DNA of 40,432 nucleotides, from contig NC_068982.1 in assembly GCF_001194135.2 (NCBI RefSeq), positions 123,520,965 through 123,561,396 of the forward strand. The letters run 5' to 3'. Position 1 is the first letter of the stretch, and each line of letters starts with the position of its first letter. The DNA comes from Octopus bimaculoides (Eukaryota). The translations under genes and the position numbers were made by a program. Positions 23,224-32,874 of this stretch are shown here, piece by piece. The notes beneath the pieces were generated by a model that saw nothing but the letters and a program-made list of their open reading frames with translations, was not told the DNA's origin and did no database searches.

Positions 23224-23592
23224 AGCGTAGGAGTGGCTGTGTGGTAAGTAGCTTGCTTACCAACCACATGGTTCCGGGTTCAGTCCCACTGCGTGGCATC
23301 TTGGGCAAATGTCTTCTACTATAGCTTTGGGCCGACCAAAGCCTTGTGAGTGGATTTGGTAGACGGAAACTGAAAGAAGCCCGTCGTATATATGTTTGTG
23401 TGTCTGTCCCCCCCAACATCGCTTGACAACCGATGCTGGTATGTTTACGCCCCTGTAACTTAGCGGTTCGGCTAAAGAGACCGATAGGATAAGTACTAAG
23501 CTTACAAAGAATAAGTCCTGGGCTCGATTAGCTCGACTAAAAGGCGGTGCTCCAGCATGGCCACAGTCAAATGACTGAACCAAATAAAAGAG
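23224..23592 (+). mobile_element. family A SINE, full length and little diverged
   Basis: A/B-box head, body, short TG tract, 3' end ...gcatggccacagtcaaatgactgaaccaaataaaagag; CpGs retained. Confidence 0.92.
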
Positions 23593-24246
23593 TATTATGT
23601 TAGGGTGTGAAAGGATCCTGTTTGCATAATCTGAATTGAATGAAATTAGGCCGAGTTTGTATAAGTGTAACCTTAATGACTTTTCAAGGCATCTGAAAAA
23701 TAGTCCCTTCCTATCAAGGGAGCTGTCAAAGGATTCCCCACGGGCAAAAGTATTGGTTTAAATAATCTAAGTGCTTTGAAAATATTGTGTCTATATGCTG
23801 ATATACATATCTATTAGATATAGATATGTAGAGAAGGTTTACCTGTGTATATACTTAGTTTAGTGATGGTGACATGAGTAAATTGTTAGTGTGCATTGTC
23901 TGTGTGTACGAGTATGAGTATGTATATGGTTTGTTTAAGAATCCACGAGTCAGAAAAGACACTTGTATACATGCCAATAAAATGGATATATTAATGTATA
24001 CATACATACATACATACAATCATACATATGTCTGTGTATAGATATATATATATAGGATCCAGCATTTTTATCCATTCTACACAACACTTTCCTTGGATAA
24101 TATAACTGCAACTGTAACATCCTACATATAGTTTTACTTTTATTTTTATTCTTCTTATTTCCTTTTATACTTCCTATATTCATCCTTTTCTGAAATAACT
24201 CCTTATATTGAACTATACTATTTCCTCTAGTTAACTCTCTTATATT

Positions 24247-24294
24247 GTCTCTGATGAAGGGATAACTCTAATATCCCAGAAACAGCTGTAAGAT
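24247..24294 (+). ncRNA. minimal type-I hammerhead ribozyme (PLE-type)
   Basis: gtct-CTGATGA-a-gggata-actctaa-tatccc-a-GAAA-C-AGCT-G-TA-agat: intact core, 6-bp stem II, 8-nt palindrome ACAGCTGT as stem III, GUA cleavage triplet at 24288-24290, 4-bp stem I including one G.U pair. Confidence 0.72.
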
Positions 24295-24412
24295 TACCTT
24301 TTTCTTTATAAATGTCCTATAAATCCCACAAAGCCTTGGTTTTGTTGTCTCATTTTATTTAACGTATATGTATATGATATATGTATGTGTGTGTGTATAT
24401 ATATATATATAT

Positions 24413-24830
24413 ATCAGGTCATTAAGAATGAAATGTCTGATTTTGAACTGAAAGTTTATTTTACTTTATCTCAACAAAAAGCAATGCAGATAATCAAAGT
24501 ATGCACCTAAATTATCAACACAATTTTACNNNNNNNNNNTGAAAGTTTATTTTACTTTATCTCAACAAAAAGCAATGCAGATAATCAAAGTATGCACCTA
24601 AATTATCAACACAATTTTACCATTTTATTGGTAGCTTATTTATGTCAGCAGCAAAGAATTCTGGAGAGCAAGAGGTGATGAAATCACGAAAGGCTGTTTT
24701 TGCATCTTCTTCAGATTTGAAGTAAGTTTTATCCTTGCAAATGGTGGATGACAGAGTACTTCTAAGTTCAGTTCCTGTAACTTGAGTAGCATTCTTAGGA
24801 AAGAGACCCAATCCTGGCACCTATCAGAGG
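24413..24830 (-). mobile_element. mariner (Hsmar1/cecropia-like) transposase 3' remnant with probable right end
   Basis: LLKLQELNLEVLCHPPF, then KTYFKSEEDAKTAFRDFITSCSPEFFAADINKLPIKW*NCVDNLGAYFD, matching the mariner C-terminus (..EVLPHPPYSPDL..; ..WQKCVDxNGSYFD). The YSPDL/third-Asp segment is missing. Ends ...aatgacctgata in a TA run. Confidence 0.8.
24449..24620. other. 81-bp exact duplication around a 10-N gap (contig overlap artefact)
   Basis: 24449-24529 is identical to 24540-24620; N at 24530-24539. Confidence 0.9.
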
Positions 24831-24836
24831 GGCTAA

Positions 24837-24944
24837 TAGGAAGAGTATAGCCATGGCTCTTTGGCATGCCATAGTGAAACACATTTTAGCTAGGAAGGGT
24901 ATAGCCATGGCTCTTTGGCACACCATAGTGAAACACATTTTAGC
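24837..24944. repeat. 2 x 54-bp tandem duplication
   Basis: taggaag(a/g)gtatagccatggctctttggca(tg/ca)ccatagtgaaacacattttagc twice, 3 mismatches. Confidence 0.9.
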
Positions 24945-25147
24945 TGCCACTACTTAAAGAATAATTATGCAAACTTCTACTTGTAATTGCTTTTCATTCA
25001 CAAATTTCAGCAATCTAATTAGTTGTAATTCAACAGTTAACTACAATGCCAGTGGCTTTAACTCAATCTCACGATTATTTAGTAGCACCACAAGAAAAGA
25101 TTGAAGGCAGTGAAATTTCTTGCACATTTTTGTAATATGCCACCATA

Positions 25148-25282
25148 TGGTTGGTGTTAGGCTATAGAAACCAAGTTAAAACAGACTGGAGCCTGGAACA
25201 GCTCTCTGATTTACCATTTTCAGTCAAATTGTCTAATCATGCCAGCATGGAAAACGGACATTAAATGATAATGATGATGATG
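25148..25282 (+). mobile_element. short (ATG)n-tailed element
   Basis: ggttggtgttagg...gccagcatggaaaacggacattaaatgataatgatgatgatg. Confidence 0.75.
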
Positions 25283-25718
25283 AAAATAAAAAATAAATAT
25301 TGCTTGATTACAGATTGTGGTGTCATACATAATGCAATAAACATCTCTAAAAACTGATGATGCAACAATGGAAAGCAATGTATAATCAGTATAATCATTT
25401 GTATAATCTATAATCATTTTAGTAAACGATGTTCCAATTTTCACCTTTGAGTTTCATCATCTTCAAAGATGTCTACTTTACTTCAAGCTTCACAGCTTTG
25501 AGATGTCTTTAAAAATATGATGTTTTAAAAAATATTTTTCACAGTTTTTTTTATCATACCTAGAAATGTTTTGAGTGGCTATGACTTTAAATTTAATATC
25601 ATATGGAAGTTAGACCACATTAATATCTGTCTACCTATCTATCTATCCATCCATCCATCTATCCATTTTTTTTTTCTTTTATAATGACTTAGAGGTACAG
25701 ATGCAAGTATGGAATGAT

Positions 25719-25896
25719 AGGTGCAGGTGTGGCTGTGGGGTAAGAAGTTTGCTTCCCAACCACATGTTCTCAGGTTCAGTCCCACTGTGCAGCATCTTAG
25801 GTATTGTCTTGTACTATAACCCCAGGCCAACTAAAGCCCTGTGAGTGAATTTGGTCAATGGAAACTGAAAGAAGCCTTGTGTGTGTGTGTGTGTGT
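25719..25896 (+). mobile_element. family A SINE head plus (TG)n
   Basis: aggtgcaggtgtggctgtggggtaagaag...ggaaactgaaagaagcc. Confidence 0.82.
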
Positions 25897-26337
25897 ATGC
25901 ATTTATTTTACCTTTTGTAAAAAGGGTAGTACTCATCATATATATTAAACAAAAATAAGTTAGAAGAAACTTTGAGTAGCCAGTGGTATGTATAATAGTA
26001 ACATAGACAAATACAGCTATATTAAATGCCATACAACATGAATTCTTGATTTATTGAAATCATCTCTGCATCTATTGGATGTGTTTGCCTCTGTAGGATG
26101 TGCTACAATTAGGGCAATTGAGAACAGCTTGACATGAGAAAGGGAGATAATCTCTAGAATAAAGATTTCTCCAAAGTTGATATGCCACTGAAGTAAAAGG
26201 ACAAGCTTATTGCTTGGACATAAGAAGACAGTTGTGGATATGTGTTTCTGCCTCAATAAGGATCATCAGCACAATAACTGTACTAACCCCTCCAACTTGT
26301 TTAATTTATGCAAATTACCTAGGTCGTAAATGTATTC

Positions 26338-26585
26338 TGGAGGCATGTGGCTTAGTGGTTAGAGTGTTGGACTCATGATCGTAAGATTGTGATTTTGATT
26401 CCTGGACCAGGTGACCGTGTTTTTCAGCAAGACACTTCATTTCACATTGCTCCAGTCCACTCAGCTGGCAAAAATGAGTAATCCTGTGACAGACTAGCGT
26501 CCAGTTCAGGTGAGGAATGTATACACCATTGAAATTGGGAAACCGGCCCTCATAAGCCTGGCATAGCTTGAAAAGGAAATATTTA
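26338..26585 (+). mobile_element. tRNA-derived SINE family D
   Basis: A-box tggcttagtggtt, B-box-like ttttgattcc, cagcaagacacttcatttcacattgctccagtccactcagctgg (CORE-like), gacagactagcgtccagttcagg (V-domain-like); domain names unverified. Confidence 0.72.
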
Positions 26586-27169
26586 TTTAACATTTTTTAA
26601 ATGTATTCTACTCTTTTTGTTTATGCCTATGCTGGATGAAAATGATGATGATACATATGTATATTATCTTTTAATGTTCATGATCCTTTCTGACCTTACA
26701 CACACATTTTCCTGTTTGTGAAAATTATTCTAAAGCTTATTGATTGAAGCCTGTGAACATTCTGAATGCAAATGTGACATTGTTGTTAACTGTATAATGC
26801 TCATATTATTTAGCCAACTAGTCAACACCTACTAAGAAAACCAGCTGCACCAGTTGTACTGAAAGGGAATGAGACAATTTTTATTTGAACAATATTCTCT
26901 TTGTCTAGTCAGTTAATCAAAACCCTGTTAACTAGTCTAACTGTAACTAATATTGAAAGTTTCACATATGCAAGGTTTTTATTTCAGAGAGACTGGTAAT
27001 TTCCTATGTAGATAAATATTCCCTCTCCTATGTCATTGAACTTTATGCAAAGAAGAAGCTGCCAGCTTGGACCAACACAATTTGACACCAGTGTCATTCA
27101 CAGGTATTTCAGTCAGAATGCAAAACACCAGAATGAATATCACAAATCATCTTACCTAACCCTCTTATA

Positions 27170-27290
27170 GCTCTACCAATCTACCATTTTGGATTGGAAC
27201 ATTTTTATTAACTCCAAAAAGAGAGCCAAGGCAAAGTTGATCTTGGCAGGATTTGAACTTTGAGTGTAGAAAGTCAGAACAAATGTTTTG
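27170..27290 (-). mobile_element. family C SINE fragment
   Basis: ggcaaagttgatcttggcaggatttgaactttgagtgtag. Confidence 0.6.
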
Positions 27291-27294
27291 AAGT

Positions 27295-27686
27295 AGGCAC
27301 AGACATGGCTGCGTGGTAAGATGTTTGCTTGCCAACCAGATAGTTCTTGGTTCAGTCCCACTGTGTGGCATCTTAGGTGTTTTCTACTATAGCTTCAGGT
27401 TGGCCAAAACTTGTGAGTGGATTTGGTAGATGGAAACTGAAAGAAGCCTGTTGTATATATATATGTGTGTGCGCTTGTGTTTGCACCTTGCTACTGCTTG
27501 ACAACCAGTATTGGTTTGTTTTATGTCCTTGAAAGTAAGTGGTTCAGCAAAAACAGATCAATAGAGTAAGTAGTAGGCTTAAAAAATCATAAGTCTTGGG
27601 TTGATGTGTTCAGCTAAACCCATCAAGACTGTGCCCCAGCATGGCCAAAGTCCAATGGATCAAACAAAGTAAAAGAAAAGAAAAAG
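27295..27686 (+). mobile_element. family A SINE, full length, diverged
   Basis: Head, body and A-rich tail are all present. Confidence 0.85.
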
Positions 27687-27787
27687 ATAGAAGCATTTAG
27701 CTAACAGTCTAACGATTCTGTTAGTTTGCCACCTTAAAATATTCACAAGCAGGAAATTGACATTTAATCATAGAAATTTAATCAACT

Positions 27788-28226
27788 GCACAGTTATGGC
27801 TGCGTGGTGAAGAAGCTTGTTTCCCGACCATGTGGTCTTGGGTTCAGTTTAGTCTTACTGCTTGGTACTTTGACAAAGTATCTTCTACTATAGACTTGGG
27901 CCAGTTAAAGCCTTGTGAGTGGATTTGGTAGATGGAAACCAGATAAAGCCTGTAGTATATTTATATGTATATGTACGTGTGTGTGTACGTATGTACCTGT
28001 CTTAAAATCATGTGATGGTTGTAAACGAGTATCCCCATCATACAAGCATTGTTGTCAGTTTCTAATCATGTGTGAAAGACATGTCTCACCATAAGAAAAT
28101 TTTACCTTATCTGGAAACAGGTAAGCATTGGTAACAAGGACTTCCAGCCATAGAAAATCTGCTTCAACAAATTTCATCTGATCCGTACAAGCATGGAAAA
28201 TTGAACATTAAATGATGATGATGATG
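27788..28226 (+). mobile_element. composite SINE: family A tRNA head plus RTE-like (ATG)n tail
   Basis: Family A head to about 27960, then catgtgatggttgtaaacgag...ggaaacaggtaagcattggtaacaaggacttccagccatagaaaatctgc...gcatggaaaattgaacattaaatgatgatgatgatg. Confidence 0.72.
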
Positions 28227-28227
28227 T

Positions 28228-28395
28228 GCGGGTATGGCTGTATGGAAAAGTTCTCAGTGCAACTATATGGTTTGGGGTTATGCAACTAACTACATGGCTA
28301 GGGGTTTGATCCCACAGGGTGACACCTTGGGCAATTCTCATCTACCACAGCTTCAGATTTCCAAAACCTTGTGAATAAAATTTTTACAGACAGAA
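28228..28395 (+). mobile_element. very degraded family A SINE head
   Basis: ggggtttgatcccacagggtgacaccttgggcaa...aaaaccttgtgaataaaatttttacagacagaaact. Confidence 0.55.
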
Positions 28396-28925
28396 ACTCT
28401 TTGTCCCATAATCTAAGGGACCATTCCTCTCTTTGGGTGCTTGACTTGATTCATTTCCTGGTTTAAAACAAATATTTGTGTCTTTGATAGAATCTGCTTT
28501 TTTGAAAACATTTGGGTCAGATATCCTTGGTCTTGGAGTGCCTTTAATGGAATTCACTAATTTGAAAGCATTTGAGACAGGTTTCCCATCTGAGGACATC
28601 TTTCTCCCTTTTCCCTACCAGTCCCATAGACTCTGAGAGGGTCATAGGCACTACCCTTCTATCTCTGGTTAAAGATAAAAAATAAAACAAGAGCAGCATT
28701 GAATTACATAAACCCTTACTAAAAAAAATTATTTCTTTTTACTAGACACAAAATGCATTTTATATAAGGGATGTAGTTTATTTAGTCAGCCTAGTAGGTT
28801 GTTTATAGTTGATTTTCTCTGTCTTTTGTATCTTTACGATGTAAGATTAAGAGGACTTGTAATCTGCTGCACTGAAATGCTGTTCAATACATGCCAGCAT
28901 TGGAAACTGGATATTGAATTGAATT

Positions 28926-29225
28926 GATGATGATGATGTGATGATGATGATGATGGTGGTGGCGGTGGTGATAATGATAACAATGACAATGATGGCAGCA
29001 GCAGAAACAATGATGACAACAAGTATGATGATGGTTATAGTGATGATGATGAAGACGATGATGTCAATGATGATGATGACAGCAATGACAATGATAATGA
29101 TGACAATAAGCCACAGTCAATGCTGCCAATGGTAATGATAATAATGATGACGACAGTGGTGACAATGACTGATGGTGATGATGACGATGAGGATAATGGT
29201 GGTGATGACAATGATGCTGGTGAGA
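28926..29225. repeat. decayed (GAT/GAC/AAT/GGT)n trinucleotide tract
   Basis: Direct; follows a SINE-tail-like gccagcattggaaactggatatt. Confidence 0.88.
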
Positions 29226-29809
29226 ACAACATTGTCTTCATTGTCTCTAGTGAAATAAATATCCAAATTATAATAAAATCTAATTCAAGTGGTTGAGTAG
29301 TTCTGGTAGCAGCAGATTTAACATCAAGTAGTATTGCTGATGCAATAACATAGTATCATTAAACAAAGACGATCAATAAAAGCTGCATTAGATTATTAAT
29401 AAGGAAGTACCCGGTGTCTTTGGTTGACAAGGGATAGGATGAAAGATTGAATGTAGATATGGAAAAGGAAGACAGGTTGTCAAGAACAACTATGAAACAA
29501 AAACATTCTATCAAAGCAATAGAGAAAGTAGACAGGAAAGGTAAGTACATAATGCGTTTATTATAAAGAACACCAAAAGATAAATGGAAGATCCAATTAC
29601 GGATTACCTATCAAAAGACTGTAGACAATGTCGAGAATTATAGCAAATCCAAGATTGGAAGTCACTCCTTTGTGGATAAAAAGAGTAAAAATGAGAAGAA
29701 GAAAAAAAAATATATCCAGTATTTTTAATAGAGATTGTGAAAGAAACATTCTATCTTGCATCAGATTTTATGTTTAGTTTAAATGTTAATCATTTGCTGA
29801 AGGAAGTCA

Positions 29810-30045
29810 TTATCATCATCACCACCACCACCACTGCTGCCACCGCCACCGCCACCACCACAATGCTGATGATGATCCTCGACCACAACAACAACAGTGT
29901 CATCATTTTAAAGCTGGTTTTTTCATGCTTGCACAGGTTGTATAGAATTTATTGAAGCAGATCTTTCTATGGCTGGATGCTCTTCCTGTCACAAACCCTC
30001 ACCTGGTTCCAAACAATGTAGTATTTCCTTGCAGTCAGGCAAGTT
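29810..30045 (-). mobile_element. (ATG)n-tailed SINE tail with expanded CAT/CAC/CAA microsatellite
   Basis: ttcatgcttgcacagg...ctatggctggatgctcttcctgtcacaaaccctcacctggttccaaac is the reverse complement of the tail type at 28100-28226. Confidence 0.72.
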
Positions 30046-30080
30046 CTGGCAGTATATTGGAAATGAATGATACTGTTTGT

Positions 30081-30415
30081 ATCATCATCATCATCATCAT
30101 CATTGTTTAACGTCTGCCTTCCATGCTGGCATAGGTGGGACGGTTTGCCAGGAGCTGACCAGGCAGATGCCTGCAACAGACTTCTGTAACTGTTTTGGCA
30201 GGATTTTTACAGCTGGATGCCCTTCCTAACACCAACCACTCAGCAGAGAGGACTTAGTGCTTTTTATGTGGCACAGACACAGGCGAGGTGAGTTTTGGCA
30301 AGATTTTTACAGCTGGATGCCCTTCCAAACACCAACCACTTTACTGTGTGGACTGGATGCTTTTTTTAAGTGGCACCTGCACTGACAGGTCACCAAGTAA
30401 CTTGCAAGGCAAAAA
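30081..30415 (-). mobile_element. (ATG)n-tailed element with duplicated core
   Basis: tttggca(g/a)gatttttacagctggatgcccttcc(t/a)aacaccaaccact occurs twice. Confidence 0.85.
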
Positions 30416-30527
30416 TCATTTGTGAGGAGAGGGAGCATTGGAAGAGGTGATCTCGTGTCAGATGATGAAAGGTTATAGTGAGACAGAGAGAAAGAAACAG
30501 GTGTAGAAGAGGTACAAAGTTACCCAG

Positions 30528-30529
<2 letters not shown>

Positions 30530-30575
<46 letters not shown>
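30530..30575. repeat. (GA)n microsatellite
   Basis: Direct. Confidence 0.95.
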
Positions 30576-30577
<2 letters not shown>

Positions 30578-31309
30578 CAAGAATGAAGACAGAAACAGGT
30601 GTGCTGCTACAAAGAGATACATGGTTACCCAACCTGAGGGAAGTGCAGGAGGAGAGAGAGTAGGAGACAGCAGGATAGAGATGGTGGCAAAGTGCCAGAC
30701 ATACAATGGATAGGGATCAGAGAATAAATGAGATGGTTGAGTAAAGGAAGAGAGAGATATAGTGGTGGCAAGTGCTAGAGCATACCCTTGTGGTTTGAAG
30801 GTCATAACATAAGTGGCAGGATATTGTGAAAGGAGTGGAATTAGAAAGTGCAGAAGAGTGGGAAAGTGAGTGGTGAAAACCTGGGTATATATAGTGGCAA
30901 GAAGTGGGGGGACTGCTGGATAGCATTGATACAGAGAAACAAGGCCGTGAGGACAGGATTGGGGAGTGAGAGGTAGGCATAATGTATGAAGAGGGAAATG
31001 TGAGGAAGAAGAGAGATGTAGAGATGTAGATTGGTTTGTTGGGGTAGGGTGTGTGAACAGTTTTCTTGTTACGTGTGGGTGGAACACACAGGTCGGGGGG
31101 TGGGGCTAGCAGATAGCAATGGTATGATACAGTGAGACAGAGCCAAGAGGACAGGGTTGGGGAATGGGAGATGAGCCTAGTGCATGAAGTGGAAATGCGA
31201 AGAAGAGAAGAGATGTAGAGACATAGTTTGGTTTGTCGTGATAGGGTGTATGAGATATGTGTAGCTGGGGCACACAGCATTTCTAGAACTCAGTTTTGCT
31301 GACATGGGC

Positions 31310-31810
31310 AGGTTTTCTCAAGAACCTCATAGCACCAGACATCTTGGTCCATTGTCATTTCCTCTGTGAGGCCTAACTTCCTGAGATCAGTCCTTACCAC
31401 TTCATCTCACATCTTCCTGGGTCTCCCTCTTCTGCAGGTACCATCCACTTTCAGTGACAGGCACTTCTTTATGCAGCTGTCCTCATTCATATGCATCACA
31501 TGTCTAAACCAACACAGTCTTCTGTCTTGCATGCCACATTTGATTCCTCTTATGTCCAACTTTTCTCTCAATACATTTGCACTTTGTCATACATGCGTGC
31601 TGATGTTGCACATCCAATGGTGCATACTGCCTCCATTTCTCTCTGGTCTGCTCATGTCTTCTGCATTCTGAGCCCATGTCTCACTACGATGGAGTATAGC
31701 CATTCACATGCAAGCATCGTACAGTCTACCCTTCACTCTGGGAGAGTGTCCTTTTGTTGCCAACAGAGGTAATGGCTCTCTGAACTTCCTCCACCCTATT
31801 CTTATTCTAG
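31310..31810 (-). mobile_element. RTE LINE 3' ORF fragment (post-RT region to ORF end)
   Basis: Homologous to 33150-33640 (ccatccactttcagtgacaggcacttc..., cccatgtctcactac...). Confidence 0.85.
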
Positions 31811-31954
31811 AAACAATACTTTATGACAGTAACAATCATTTACAACTTTTATGTGATGTCAAGACAAGGCAATACAATCACACATGCACACAAGCATATA
31901 GACACTTATGGATGCATGCATACATTCATACATCCTTGTGTACATACATACATT

Positions 31955-32072
31955 GGACTTTTCAGTTTCCCTCTACGAAATCCACACACAAGTCATTGCC
32001 AAGCAATAGGACTGACCCCAGAATCATGCGGTTGAAAAGCCAACTTCTTAACACACAGCCATACCTGTGCCT
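31955..32072 (-). mobile_element. family A SINE head
   Basis: ttttcagtttccctctacgaaatccacacacaag...ttcttaacacacagccatacctgtgcct. Confidence 0.75.
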
Positions 32073-32699
32073 GAAGCCTGCACATGTATTATTTGAAACT
32101 TGTACATGACACATTGTTTCACAAACAGAGTGTATAGTATTCTGTTTCATTGAAATTGAAACATAATACTTAAAAAAAAAAGAAATGAAAGCAAAGCTAC
32201 ATAAATGGGAAATGAAATACTTATTACTGTATTTGATAGCATAACATACAAACAAGCATATTAGACATGCCACAATTTCAGCTGCACATTTTCAAGGAGA
32301 AAAATGTTTTTGTGCATTAAAGCATGTTATATGTTATATGGCCCCCAATTTTGCATATTGGACCTGGGATGACTTTTAAGACAAATCTTTTAAAAAAGGG
32401 GCTTGTCGTATGCCATCAAATACAATACTTTAGAGCCTATAACATTATGTATATTATCCCTGAGTTTGAAAGCTGTGCTGAAGAAGTGGATACTCACACC
32501 TATTTATTGATATATCATTAAGTAATATTTGTGGCCCTATGGGCCTCCTGGATCTTGGTGTTGTAGCAATCATAACATCTGTATTAAGATAGCACTGCTT
32601 ATAATATTCAGTGTCTTGAGCATTTTAACCATGCAGAGCTGCCAAGTCTATCTAAAGCTAATTTCAGAGGGGGGGAGGGGTGTGTGTGCAAAAGATAAA

Positions 32700-32850
32700 C
32701 AAAGATTAGGAGGGAGAGGAGAAAAAACAAATTGTTCACAGGTACTTTATTGATCCCAAGGGGTGAAAGGCAAATTTGAGTGCTAAGAAGACAAAGAGTC
32801 AAAATGAATACTGTAAGACAAAGGCGTTTTATCTGACACTCTAATCAAAC
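32700..32850 (-). mobile_element. family C SINE fragment
   Basis: ggtactttattgatcccaaggggtgaaaggcaaa. Confidence 0.55.
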
Positions 32851-32874
32851 TTCCAGTTCACACACACATACACA

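Larger units (their letters stand above)
22760..23950 (-). mobile_element. probable Penelope-like retroelement ORF remnant (RT thumb/GIY-YIG), interrupted by a SINE
   Basis: Manual minus-strand translation gives TFARGESFDSSLDRKGLFFRCLEKSLRLHLYKLGLISFNSDYANRILSHPNII (about 23600-23760) and SEAVYYLIFTQ...HQRLLLKLTESIASINSLYNARA (about 22840-23060). These loosely resemble the PLE RT thumb and the GIY-YIG C-terminal RxxxE-x-x-I..N region. A hammerhead lies nearby. Confidence 0.38.

Noticed and set aside
28384-28599. 71-aa minus ORF MSSDGKPVSNAF...
   Set aside because: No recognisable family; its end overlaps a decayed SINE; no splice support.
29430-29700. Lys-rich frames with a strong gtaagt donor and a CxxC
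   Set aside because: Interrupted by stops in all frames; no assignable family; probably decayed TE.
30473-31280. 187-204 aa minus-strand ORFs
   Set aside because: Products of a CT-rich low-complexity strand and (GA)n; no domain features.
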